Assembly (NCBI GenBank): GCA_009885955.1
Contig: VFJS01000022.1
Span: 51-64,050 of the forward strand
Direction: 5' to 3'
Origin: Spirochaetia bacterium
GTDB lineage: Bacteria > Spirochaetota > UBA4802 > UBA5550
Length of the DNA: 64,000 bases
How positions within the stretch are numbered: position 1 is the stretch's first letter; every line of letters starts with the position of its first letter. The notes under the pieces were generated by a model, which ran no database searches, was not told where the DNA came from, and saw only the letters and a program-made list of their open reading frames with translations. Positions 46,161-54,935 of this stretch are shown piece by piece. The position numbers and the translations under genes were made by a program.

Positions 46161-47210
46161 ATGGGTAATCGGCAAACTGTCAATCTGGAAAATATTGTGA
46201 AACGTAAATGCCTTTTAATAATATTCTATCTCGCTTTTCTCCATGGCATTTCCTTTGCCGGAGATGCAGGGAGCAGGGCAGCCTTCACGAGGGGGGGCTG
46301 GGCTGGCTCAAGTTATGTGGGTATGGGTATGGCCGGAGAGATTGTTGCCAATGATGTTTTTGCCATCTACTGGAACCCTGCGGGCCTTAATGAATTGAAG
46401 GGGAGAAAAGTCCTCACTGAAAAAGAGATCAGGGACAAGGCATCAAAGGGGAAGGCCGGTGAAATATCTGAATCGGACCTGATACGATTTACCGATGAAA
46501 CAGTTGAAAAAAATGTCTTCCAGGTTGGTGCATCCGGCGCGAAGCTTGGCGCTGAAATGGATGCCGGATTTTCAGGACTTGCCTTCAGCCTGTACAAGGG
46601 TGTATTCGGTATCGGCATGTATTCGCTTGTTTCCCGCGGCATCGAGGAGAGGGATAATAATGGAAATCTGGTAAGTGAAAATCTGAAATATGTAGGAGCC
46701 GAATCCTTTCTGTCATATGGATGGTCCACGGGGATTGCATCAATCGGATTTTCATTAAAGGGGCTCTATGAAAAAATCGGCAATGTGGAATATGCCGGCG
46801 CCGGCTCTGATTTCGGAATGCAGGTTTATTTCCTCCCTTTTCTGAAAGTCGGCTTTGTCATCCAGGACATCGGAAGCGGCCTTACCCCATATGGAGATCA
46901 AGGGGAAGTCAGGAAAAAATATGATTTTGCCCTGCCGAGCCTTAAAGTGGGGGCATCCATTACCAGTGATACAGGACTGACAATCGCCTTTACCGGGGTA
47001 AAAAGGCTGGAGCAGAAGAAATACCAGGTCAACACCGGGCTGAAATATATCCTGACCCAGTCAGCTGTGGTGTATGCAGGCATGCATAATTCAAACTTTT
47101 CATCGGGATTTACTCTCAAGCTTTTCAATTTTGATTTATCCTATGCTTTCACAATTGACAGCATAAATTTTGGATATAATAATATTGTCTCTATTGCAAT
47201 ACTCTTTTGA
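46161..47210 (+). CDS. PorV/PorQ-like outer-membrane beta-barrel protein
   Basis: Signal peptide. N-terminal motif GMGMAGEIVANDVFAIYWNPAGL. Alternating Gly/aromatic beta-strand pattern ending in an aromatic residue (IAILF). Assignment is by eye. Confidence 0.45.
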   Translation: MGNRQTVNLENIVKRKCLLIIFYLAFLHGISFAGDAGSRAAFTRGGWAGSSYVGMGMAGEIVANDVFAIYWNPAGLNELKGRKVLTEKEIRDKASKGKAGEISESDLIRFTDETVEKNVFQVGASGAKLGAEMDAGFSGLAFSLYKGVFGIGMYSLVSRGIEERDNNGNLVSENLKYVGAESFLSYGWSTGIASIGFSLKGLYEKIGNVEYAGAGSDFGMQVYFLPFLKVGFVIQDIGSGLTPYGDQGEVRKKYDFALPSLKVGASITSDTGLTIAFTGVKRLEQKKYQVNTGLKYILTQSAVVYAGMHNSNFSSGFTLKLFNFDLSYAFTIDSINFGYNNIVSIAILF

Positions 47211-47226
47211 TGATAATGGCTTTAGA

Positions 47227-48030
47227 ATGATTAAAAGAATCAGGCTAATGGGAATCCTCAACGTAACACCGGATTCATTTTATGATGCCGGGAGATATTT
47301 CAATCCTGACAAGGCTGTGAAACGGGCATTTGAAATGAGGGATGAGGGGGCGGATATTATTGATATCGGCGGGGAATCAACAAGGCCGGGTTCTATTGGA
47401 GTCGCGGCAGGAGAAGAGATAGACAGGGTATGTCCCGTTATAGAATCCATCAGGAAAGAGATCGGAATTCCCATATCCGTAGATACAAATAAATCTTCCG
47501 TTGCTGAAGCGGCACTGAAAGCCGGGGCGTCCATGGTAAATGACATCAGCGGGCTTACCTTTGATCCTGAAATGGCCGGTGTAATCGCCCGGTATAAAGC
47601 CGGGGCGGTACTAATGCATATACGGGGGACGCCCGAAAACATGCAGCAGGATCCCCGGTATGATGACCTCATGATGGAGATTTATACCTTTTTAGAAAAT
47701 TCCAGGGACAGGGCTTTGAACATGGGTATTGATGCGGATAAAATAGTCCTTGACCCCGGCATAGGGTTCGGCAAAACCATGGAAGACAATTATAGAATCC
47801 TGGCCGGCCTGGACAGGCTGAAACCCCTGAACTGTGAGATCATGATAGGCCTTTCGCGAAAGTCCCTCCTGGGGCGCCTGTATGATAAAGATTCAGACAG
47901 GCTGCCTGGTACAATCGCATTAAATGTCATATCATTGATGCATGGCGCAGATATAATCAGGGTGCATGATGTAAAGGAGCACCGGCTGGCGCTTACGGCT
48001 GTTGAAAAATTTTACGAGGTAAACCCATAA
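47227..48030 (+). CDS. folP: Dihydropteroate synthase
   Basis: MGILNVTPDSFYDAGRY, GADIIDIGGESTRPG, SVDTNK, NDISGL and DPGIGFGKT are present. Start moved to ATG 47227. Confidence 0.9.
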   Translation: MIKRIRLMGILNVTPDSFYDAGRYFNPDKAVKRAFEMRDEGADIIDIGGESTRPGSIGVAAGEEIDRVCPVIESIRKEIGIPISVDTNKSSVAEAALKAGASMVNDISGLTFDPEMAGVIARYKAGAVLMHIRGTPENMQQDPRYDDLMMEIYTFLENSRDRALNMGIDADKIVLDPGIGFGKTMEDNYRILAGLDRLKPLNCEIMIGLSRKSLLGRLYDKDSDRLPGTIALNVISLMHGADIIRVHDVKEHRLALTAVEKFYEVNP

Positions 48031-48035
48031 TTTTT

Positions 48036-48836
48036 ATGGATGATATATATGATATAATAATCCATTCCATAACCTGGAATTATATCAGAAATATTCTTGA
48101 TATAATTCTCGTTGCTTTCCTTTTTTACTGGGTTTATACCTTTCTCACAAAAACCCGGGCCATTCAGCTGCTGAAAGGCATTATCATAATCATTATTTTT
48201 GCTATTGTTTCCAAGCTTATGAGGCTTGATACCCTTGACTGGCTGATTAAAAACCTCACATCTTCACTGGTGATAACTGTTGTTGTCCTGTTTCAGCCTG
48301 AACTTCGAAGGCTTATTACCCAGTTCGGGCAGAGGAACTGGATATCAAGGGATTCCACCATGGATGCCTTTCCCCTTGAAGAGATCGTGAATTCCCTCAT
48401 ATCCATGTCATCGGAGAAAACCGGCGCCCTCATTGTCATAGAGCGGAATACAGGCCTGAAAAGCTTTATTGAATCCGGGGTGCAGGTGGATTCCATAATC
48501 ACAGAGGAATTTATCAGAACCATATTTTATCCCCTGGCCCCTCTCCATGACGGCGCAATTATAATCCAGAACGGGAGAATCGCTTCCGCGGCCTGTTATC
48601 TCCCGTTAAGCGATTCTAAGGAATTGAGGAAGCAGTATGGAGCAAGGCACAGGGCCGGTCTGGGGATAGCTGAAGAGACAGACGCGCTGGTACTGTTGGT
48701 TTCCGAGGAGACGGGCGGCATTTCCATCATGGTAAATGGAAAAATATTCCCAAAAATCAAAGAATCAGATCTGAAGAATATGATACTCTATTTTATGAAT
48801 CCCAAGACAGCCTATTCGGAGAGTTATAATATATAA
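48036..48836 (+). CDS. cdaA: Diadenylate cyclase CdaA (membrane-anchored DisA_N domain)
   Basis: Three N-terminal TM helices. DAC motifs are present (GALIVIER, PLHDGAIIIQNGRIASAACYLPLS, GARHRAGLGIAEETDALVLLVSEETG). Confidence 0.9.
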   Translation: MDDIYDIIIHSITWNYIRNILDIILVAFLFYWVYTFLTKTRAIQLLKGIIIIIIFAIVSKLMRLDTLDWLIKNLTSSLVITVVVLFQPELRRLITQFGQRNWISRDSTMDAFPLEEIVNSLISMSSEKTGALIVIERNTGLKSFIESGVQVDSIITEEFIRTIFYPLAPLHDGAIIIQNGRIASAACYLPLSDSKELRKQYGARHRAGLGIAEETDALVLLVSEETGGISIMVNGKIFPKIKESDLKNMILYFMNPKTAYSESYNI

Positions 48837-49798
48837 TGAAGACTCTCCAGAGCGGAATAAAAAGCATGTTCACCAGAAAAATGATCTTCCCCAAGATATT
48901 AAGCCTTGCGCTGTCGATTATTTTATGGGCCTATCTCTCGAGCCTTAAAAGCAGTGAGATCAAGATACGGATCCCCATTGTGGTGAAGAACCTGCCGGCT
49001 GAGCTGTCCGTATCCGATATGTCCGACAGGTCGCTCCTGATACTTGTTGAAGGGAAAAAGGAGTTTATCAAGAATATCACCGTAAAGAACATATCAGCAG
49101 TTGTAAATCTTGAAAATCCGGAAATCGGGAAATTGAAAGCTTATCCCATTGATATCATAAAGAGCGATGTCCCGATACCTGTAAGGGTTGACCAGATGAA
49201 GAAGGATGTAAAAATCCGCGTTGAGCGTATTATTGTAAAGAATGTTAAAGTCATCCCCGTTATAACCGGCAGAGTCAGGGACGGCAAGGTCATAGGGAGC
49301 ATCAAGGTTTTCCCTGAATTTATTAAAATACGCGGTTCAAAATCCGTTATAGAAAAAATTACTGAAATCCCTACGGAAATTATAACGGTGGATGGGAAGG
49401 ATGAGGACATTACAAAGGAAGTTGAGATTGAAAGGGATAGTAAAAACGAAATAAAATATACCGAATCAAGCATTAAGGTTGTTATTTCAATATTCAACAT
49501 AACTGATCTCTATGAGCTGAATATTCCTGTTATAGTAAAGGGATTAAGGAAAAATAGCGAATATGTTCTCAATACCAAAACGGTCAAATTGATGGTAAAA
49601 TCGGTAAAAAGAAAAATAAACGATGACGATATAACAGCGAATATAGATCCGGGATTAGCGATAAATCCTCCTGAATCAAGAAATGAGGAGTTCTCTTTCA
49701 ACAGAGAACTTCCTGTAATCCTTAAAATAAAGGGGAATATGGAAGGCATGGAAATATTATCTGTTATGCCGGAAAAGATCCATCTGAAAATCAAATAA
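48836..49798 (+). CDS. cdaR: CdaR (YbbR-domain) regulator of CdaA
   Basis: The start overlaps the cdaA stop. N-terminal TM helix and repeated YbbR-like beta modules. This is the canonical position after cdaA. Confidence 0.7.
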   Translation: MKTLQSGIKSMFTRKMIFPKILSLALSIILWAYLSSLKSSEIKIRIPIVVKNLPAELSVSDMSDRSLLILVEGKKEFIKNITVKNISAVVNLENPEIGKLKAYPIDIIKSDVPIPVRVDQMKKDVKIRVERIIVKNVKVIPVITGRVRDGKVIGSIKVFPEFIKIRGSKSVIEKITEIPTEIITVDGKDEDITKEVEIERDSKNEIKYTESSIKVVISIFNITDLYELNIPVIVKGLRKNSEYVLNTKTVKLMVKSVKRKINDDDITANIDPGLAINPPESRNEEFSFNRELPVILKIKGNMEGMEILSVMPEKIHLKIK

Positions 49799-49830
49799 AG
49801 AGTGATGAATGCACTGAAGGGCAGGGTAAA

Positions 49831-50562
49831 ATGGGATTTGTGAAGTTATGCGTTAATGTTGACCACATTGCCACGTTAAGGCAGGCGAGGGGTGGGAGTG
49901 AACCCGATGTGATAACCGGTGCCATACTATGCGAGGAGAATGGCGCCGATGGCATTACGGTGCACCTCCGTGAAGATCGCCGGCATATTCAGGACGCAGA
50001 TGTTTTATCATTAAAAAAAATTGTCAGGGGAATCTATAATCTTGAAATGGGTCTTTCCGGTGATATCATGGAAATTGCAAAAAAATTGATCCCGAATCAA
50101 GTCACCATAGTCCCTGAAAAAAGAGAGGAACTTACCACGGAAGGCGGGCTCGACGTGAAACGTTATCTCGGCAGGATAAAAATGGCTGTAAAGGATTTCC
50201 AAGCCCTTGGTATACTTGTTTCCCTCTTCATCGAGCCTGAAATTGAGGCAGTGAGATATTCAAGGGAGAGCGGAGCAGATCTAATAGAGATCCATACCGG
50301 GACATATACCAACGCTTTAGATGAAAGTGACAGGGATAAAGAATATAAGAGAATATTTGACGCCGCGGAACATGCTGTGAAAATTGGCATCGGAGTAAAT
50401 GCCGGGCACGGGTTAAACTATAAGAATATAATTCCTATTGTGAAGATTCCCGGCCTCCGGGAAGTAAACATAGGCCATTCCATAATTTCGAAATCTCTTT
50501 TTACCGGTCTGCCTGAGGCGGTTAAATCGATGGTTGCGGCTATCCGGGGTTTCCAGGGCTGA
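49831..50562 (+). CDS. pdxJ: Pyridoxine 5'-phosphate synthase
   Basis: LCVNVDHIATLRQARGGSEPD, GITVHLREDRRHI, EMG...VTIVPEKREELTTEGGLD, IEIHTG and NAGHGL are present. Confidence 0.9.
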   Translation: MGFVKLCVNVDHIATLRQARGGSEPDVITGAILCEENGADGITVHLREDRRHIQDADVLSLKKIVRGIYNLEMGLSGDIMEIAKKLIPNQVTIVPEKREELTTEGGLDVKRYLGRIKMAVKDFQALGILVSLFIEPEIEAVRYSRESGADLIEIHTGTYTNALDESDRDKEYKRIFDAAEHAVKIGIGVNAGHGLNYKNIIPIVKIPGLREVNIGHSIISKSLFTGLPEAVKSMVAAIRGFQG

Positions 50563-50592
50563 TATGTTTTTAAAATTTTTGGAGAAATAATA

Positions 50593-50814
50593 ATGGCTGG
50601 ATTTTTTAGATTCATACTCCTGATTTTTCTGGGGATAATGATTTATAATCTCATCAGATTTGTAGTTTTTCTGATAAGAAATTCCCGGGTAAGAAGCAAT
50701 GATAATATACATGACAACGGCAGCAGGGAATTTAGAGAAAAATTTGAAAGAAAGAAGGAGGATAAAAATTCCCGGGTTATTGAACTTGACAAGGATCAGT
50801 ACAAAGTGGAATAA
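50593..50814 (+). CDS. Small membrane-anchored hypothetical protein (73 aa)
   Basis: One N-terminal TM segment (FFRFILLIFLGIMIYNLIRFVVFLI) followed by a charged tail. ORF evidence only. Confidence 0.4.
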   Translation: MAGFFRFILLIFLGIMIYNLIRFVVFLIRNSRVRSNDNIHDNGSREFREKFERKKEDKNSRVIELDKDQYKVE

Positions 50815-50846
50815 ATCCGTTTCAGGGAAAGTTATAAAGAAATAAG

Positions 50847-51245
50847 ATGAAAAATTCCGTAACAATAATAATTATCTGCATGTTATTTTTTTCCTGCGGC
50901 GGGATAAAGGGTGAATTTGCCATTAAGCATTTGAGTGATGACTACTATAAAAAAATTAATGGCAGCCTTGAGGTGCGTAAAAATTCGGAACTCGCATGGA
51001 TATTCAAGATAAAAAGACCTCCTGAGAACAGGAATATAGGAATAATCTATTTAAAGAAAGAGTTAATGTGGGTGGAAATATATAAAACCTCATATACGGT
51101 AAATAAAACGAACAACATAATTTACGGGAATTTCTCAAATTTTTCTGACGGTGAATACCAGCTTGTTCTCACCGATGTATCTTTTAAAAATGCTGTAATA
51201 GATACCCTCCCATTCACAATCTACTCCGACGCTGAAACTGATTGA
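50847..51245 (+). CDS. Putative lipoprotein (132 aa)
   Basis: Signal peptide with a lipobox-like FFSCGG. No other motif recognised. Confidence 0.5.
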   Translation: MKNSVTIIIICMLFFSCGGIKGEFAIKHLSDDYYKKINGSLEVRKNSELAWIFKIKRPPENRNIGIIYLKKELMWVEIYKTSYTVNKTNNIIYGNFSNFSDGEYQLVLTDVSFKNAVIDTLPFTIYSDAETD

Positions 51246-51279
51246 TCCTGTGTGAGTTTTTTATTGATAATAAAAAAGG

Positions 51280-51326
51280 AAAATCAGAATTTTTTATTTT
51301 ATATTGAATTAAAAAATTCTGATTTT
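51280..51326. terminator. 17-bp AT-rich perfect hairpin (bidirectional terminator-like)
   Basis: aaaatcagaatttttta (51280-51296) pairs perfectly with taaaaaattctgatttt (51310-51326). It lies between the convergent lipoprotein gene and the tRNA pair. Confidence 0.6.
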
Positions 51327-51419
51327 TAACAATGCCGGCAATAAATTCCAGTTCGCGTTGAATTTGGAAGGGGTTTTGAATACTCACCATGGAAAGGCAG
51401 TATTGAATTTTGAAAATTT

Positions 51420-51492
51420 AGCGGAGGAGGGACTTGAACCCCCCACACCACGGATATGAGCCGTGTGCTCTAACCAACTGAGCTACTCCGCC
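51420..51492 (-). tRNA. tRNA with CAT anticodon, elongator-type (Met; Ile2/lysidine type not excluded)
   Basis: The reverse complement reads GGCGGAGTAGCTCAGTTGGTTAGAGCACACGGCTCATATCCGTGGTGTGGGGGGTTCAAGTCCCTCCTCCGCT. It folds as a cloverleaf with anticodon loop CTCATAT. Positions 1:72 would form a G-U pair. Confidence 0.85.
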
Positions 51493-51497
51493 TCTAT

Positions 51498-51570
51498 TAG
51501 CGCGGGCAGGATTTGAACCTGCGGCCTTTGGGTTATGAGCCCAACGAGCTACCAACTGCTCCACCGCGCG
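51498..51570 (-). tRNA. Initiator tRNA-fMet (CAT)
   Basis: The reverse complement reads CGCGCGGTGGAGCAGTTGGTAGCTCGTTGGGCTCATAACCCAAAGGCCGCAGGTTCAAATCCTGCCCGCGCTA. It has a 1:72 mismatch (C-U), three consecutive G-C pairs closing the anticodon stem (GGG/CCC) and a TTCAAAT T-loop. It closely parallels E. coli tRNA-fMet. Confidence 0.85.
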
Positions 51571-51743
51571 ATCGAAATTAACCATAGTTTTTTTGCCGGT
51601 TATATGTCAAGATTTTTTTAAAACCATTGTCAGGAGTAAAAAATGATTTGACCATTCCTGGATATATGGATACAACGGGGTACTGTACCGGGGCCCTGAT
51701 TTGGAAAAAAAATTTATTGGTCAGGAATATAATTCAATAATTT

Positions 51744-53402
51744 ATGAAGATACAATTTCTTTCCAGAATTAACGCCTTCGCAAGGGGAAATTACTACCTT
51801 TTATCTGCATTGCTGATTTTCCTCTCATTTCCAAGTTACGATATATGGATATTGAAGGGATATTCCTTTTTCGCCTGGATTTCTCTCGTGCCCCTGCTGA
51901 TATTTATCAGGGGAAAAAGCTGGAAGGAAGTATATTTCTATGCTTTCATTACTGGTTTAATTGGAAATTTTCTGACCTATCGGTGGATAGGCCATTTCGC
52001 AGGAAAAACTGAGGGCGGGTATGCCCTGATAGTTTCCATGCTCATTCCCTTTATAACTGTTTTTTTTGCCGGGAGAATATTCATAGCTGAAATGCTTTCA
52101 AGAAGATTTGAGAGGTTCAGGATACTCATATACCCTTCTGCCTGGATTTTCATTGACTGGATTATTTCAATCGGATACCTTGCTTTTCCCTGGACATACT
52201 GGGGACATTCCCAGTACCAGTTTACACCCTTTATCCAGCTTGCTTCCATAACAGGAATCCTTGGAATCAATTTTTTTCTCATACTCGGGAATTATCTCTT
52301 TTCTGATATCATACGCGAATATTTTTTGAATATTCCCATGGCAATAAAAAATTTCATAAAGCTGCCTCAGTCCAGGAGGGTGTTCATCTTTTTATCGATC
52401 TTTATATTCATAACAATTTCGGGAAAAATTGTCCTTGTCATGAATGAAAGGGAGATTAACCGGGAACTGAGGGTATCTCTTATACAATCGTGCATATCAC
52501 CATGGGACAACTGGAATGAGAAGAAGTTCATTTATCTTGGAGATCTGATTAACTATACAGATAAATCCCTTAAGGAGAATCCGGATCTCATTGTCTGGTC
52601 AGAATCGGCTACCATTGAAACCATTTCATATAATAACAGGTACAAATTGCCCAGCGATTTCAATGACGCCATACTTGATTATGTAAAACAGAGCAGCCGT
52701 CCGCTGCTTACAGGGGAGATAGGGGTCCATGAGGCGAGGACTGGTGACACCGTGGGTCTTTATCCCCAGAATAATGCCCTCCTTATTGACGGCAGCGGAA
52801 AAATTGTCAAGACCTATGCCAAGATAAATCTTGTTCCCTTTGGCGAGTGGTTTCCTTATGAAAAATGGTTCCCGTCAGTTAAGAAAATTGCTACAAAATA
52901 TGGCGGCTCCGACTTTGTTCCGGGAAATGGGCCCATGCTATTCAATATCAAAGGAAGGTCTTTCAGCGCCCTGGTCTGTTACGAAGGGATTTTTTTCAGG
53001 TTGTGCAGGGAATATAAAAACATCGGGGCTGATTTTTTTGTAAATATCACAAATGACGGCTGGACTGATACTTTTAATGGTCACATGCAGCATTTTTCCG
53101 CATCGGTCTTCAGGGCAATAGAAAACGGCCTCTGGTATGTAAGAGCCGGCAACACAGGGTATTCTGTACTCATAGATCCTTATGGGAGAGTTGTGAGAAG
53201 CATGCCTATCTTATATAAGGATTATCTCATCGGGGATATCGATTTTTCATTTAATCACGATACATTTTATTCTAAATTTGGCGATATTATTTTATATGTG
53301 ACTATAATATTTTTAGGATGTCTTTTAATAATTATTATATATAAAAATTTTAATAATTATTTTAAGCCTGTTGATATTAATAATCAGCCCGGCATTGAAT
53401 AG
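51744..53402 (+). CDS. lnt: Apolipoprotein N-acyltransferase
   Basis: Multi-TM N-terminal half. C-terminal CN-hydrolase domain with the catalytic E (LIVWSESA), K (KINLVPFGE) and C (ALVCYEGIF). Confidence 0.85.
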   Translation: MKIQFLSRINAFARGNYYLLSALLIFLSFPSYDIWILKGYSFFAWISLVPLLIFIRGKSWKEVYFYAFITGLIGNFLTYRWIGHFAGKTEGGYALIVSMLIPFITVFFAGRIFIAEMLSRRFERFRILIYPSAWIFIDWIISIGYLAFPWTYWGHSQYQFTPFIQLASITGILGINFFLILGNYLFSDIIREYFLNIPMAIKNFIKLPQSRRVFIFLSIFIFITISGKIVLVMNEREINRELRVSLIQSCISPWDNWNEKKFIYLGDLINYTDKSLKENPDLIVWSESATIETISYNNRYKLPSDFNDAILDYVKQSSRPLLTGEIGVHEARTGDTVGLYPQNNALLIDGSGKIVKTYAKINLVPFGEWFPYEKWFPSVKKIATKYGGSDFVPGNGPMLFNIKGRSFSALVCYEGIFFRLCREYKNIGADFFVNITNDGWTDTFNGHMQHFSASVFRAIENGLWYVRAGNTGYSVLIDPYGRVVRSMPILYKDYLIGDIDFSFNHDTFYSKFGDIILYVTIIFLGCLLIIIIYKNFNNYFKPVDINNQPGIE

Positions 53403-53416
53403 AATGACTCTTCTAT

Positions 53417-53453
53417 ATATATTTATATAGGGGTTTCCCCTATATAAATATAT
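53417..53453 (+). terminator. Perfect 17-bp hairpin just after the lnt stop
   Basis: atatatttatatagggg / loop ttt / cccctatataaatatat. The downstream T-run is weak (tattgttatt). Confidence 0.5.
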
Positions 53454-53617
53454 TGTTATTACCCATAAATATAAAATATATATGCCTATTGCTAATTTTT
53501 TTAATTTATGTATTATGTGATCAAGTTAAATGATGAAAACAAGATAATATAATAAATTTTACCCATTGATTTATTGTATTTCACAATTTCCTCCAATTAG
53601 AACAGTTTTATTTCCTG

Positions 53618-53646
53618 AAGCCACTTCCCCAAGTGGCTTTTTTTTT
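53618..53646 (+). terminator. Canonical rho-independent terminator with no annotated gene upstream of it
   Basis: aagccactt / loop cccc / aagtggctt followed by a T-run extending to 53646. It lies about 215 nt after the lnt stop and 150 nt before flgB. Confidence 0.7.
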
Positions 53647-53677
53647 AAAAAAAAATTATGTCTTCTTAGAAAAAATC

Positions 53678-53705
53678 TAATAGAATTTTCAATAATTCCG
53701 ATTAT
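53678..53705 (+). promoter_or_regulatory. Candidate sigma28 (FliA/SigD)-type promoter upstream of flgB
   Basis: TAAT, 15 nt, then TCCGATTAT, compared with the consensus TAAA-N15-GCCGATAA. It is about 90 nt upstream of the flgB ATG. Motif match only. Confidence 0.25.
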
Positions 53706-53794
53706 AAAATCAGTAAAATATCATTTTTATGCAATATTAAATTTTCCGGGCCTGGAAAAAGTTCCGGAGATATAAGCAAAGGTGAGGGTGAAAT

Positions 53795-54229
53795 ATGTTT
53801 ATCAACAGCAAAATGATGGAAACCAATTACCTTTTAGAGAAAGCTCTTGATGTTGAGTCCCTCAGGAAAAGGGTAATCGCCGATAACATCGCGAATGTGG
53901 ATGTGCCTCATTTCAAAAGGAGCGAGGTCAATTTTGAAAGTGAGTTGAAGAGGGTGGTTTTGGAAGGGAAGGAGAAGGGGAGGGAGAGCAGATACCCGGG
54001 CCACCTCACTGACAGCCGCCATATACCCTTTTATACCTCCAGGGATATCGGCAGTGTAAACCAGAGGGTCAATACGGATTACAGTACGACCTACAGAAAT
54101 GACGGAAACAATGTAGATATGGAAAAAGAAATGGTTGATGCGTCAAAAAATTTAATGAGATATAATTCACTTGTTACAAGCCTTAATGAAAATTACAAGC
54201 TTCTTAAAATAGCCATGAGACCGGTATAA
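53795..54229 (+). CDS. flgB: Flagellar basal-body rod protein FlgB
   Basis: The N-terminal rod motif is present (ADNIANVDVPHFKR). Typical size and position ahead of flgC. Confidence 0.9.
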   Translation: MFINSKMMETNYLLEKALDVESLRKRVIADNIANVDVPHFKRSEVNFESELKRVVLEGKEKGRESRYPGHLTDSRHIPFYTSRDIGSVNQRVNTDYSTTYRNDGNNVDMEKEMVDASKNLMRYNSLVTSLNENYKLLKIAMRPV

Positions 54230-54241
54230 GGGGGTTAATAT

Positions 54242-54706
54242 ATGGGAATGTTCACCAGTTTTGATATAGCAGCAACAGGGCTCACGGCGCAGCGGCTGAG
54301 GATGGACCTGATAAGTGATAATATAGCCAATTCAATGACCACCAGGACTCCCGAAGGGGGGCCCTTTGCCAGGAAGCTTGCGATTTTTGCGCCGGTAAAT
54401 CACAGGCCTAAGTACAAATCTCATTTTGTTCCTGAAAAAATTGATCATGGCGACGGGAAAGGCGTCAGGGTAGTGAAGATTGAGAAGGATAAATCGCCCT
54501 TCAGGCTTGTGTTCGACCCCAATCATCCTGATGCCATCAAGATTGGGCCCGAGAAGGGATATGTACAAATGCCCAATGTCAATATGGTGTCTGAAATGAC
54601 CGACCTTATTTCCGCGTCCAGGTCATATGAGGCAAATGCAATGATAATAAACAACGCAAAGAGCATGTATAACAAAGCCCTGGAAATCGGCAGAAATATC
54701 GGATAA
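54242..54706 (+). CDS. flgC: Flagellar basal-body rod protein FlgC
   Basis: SFDIAATGLTAQRLRMDLISDNIANSMTTRT at the N-terminus and YVQMPNVNMVSEMTDLISASRSYEANA at the C-terminus. Confidence 0.9.
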   Translation: MGMFTSFDIAATGLTAQRLRMDLISDNIANSMTTRTPEGGPFARKLAIFAPVNHRPKYKSHFVPEKIDHGDGKGVRVVKIEKDKSPFRLVFDPNHPDAIKIGPEKGYVQMPNVNMVSEMTDLISASRSYEANAMIINNAKSMYNKALEIGRNIG

Positions 54707-54770
54707 CCGGGAGCAGGTAAAATAATGAAAGAGCGCGCCGCTAGCGGCATGGCTCAAGATGGAGGCTACT

Positions 54771-54935
54771 ATGCACAGGGAAACAATAGGTTTGATGGAA
54801 TTAAACATCTCCGATGACATGTCGGGTGTTGTTAACATAAAAAGATATGACGATTTAAGGAGGATGGAGGCTGACCAGAACCATACATCCAAAATTGACA
54901 GGAACTTCAACAACAAGAGGGGGTTTCAAAAATGA
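54771..54935 (+). CDS. Unannotated small ORF (54 aa) between flgC and fliE
   Basis: It falls below the ORF-track length cutoff. GGAGG lies 5 nt upstream of the ATG at 54771. Its stop overlaps the fliE start (ATGA). Translation: MHRETIGLMELNISDDMSGVVNIKRYDDLRRMEADQNHTSKIDRNFNNKRGFQK. Confidence 0.3.
   Translation: MHRETIGLMELNISDDMSGVVNIKRYDDLRRMEADQNHTSKIDRNFNNKRGFQK

Noticed and set aside
53566-53775. 69-aa plus-strand ORF in the lnt-flgB spacer
   Set aside because: It reads straight through a canonical terminator hairpin and its T/A runs (the FFFKKK stretch). It has no RBS.
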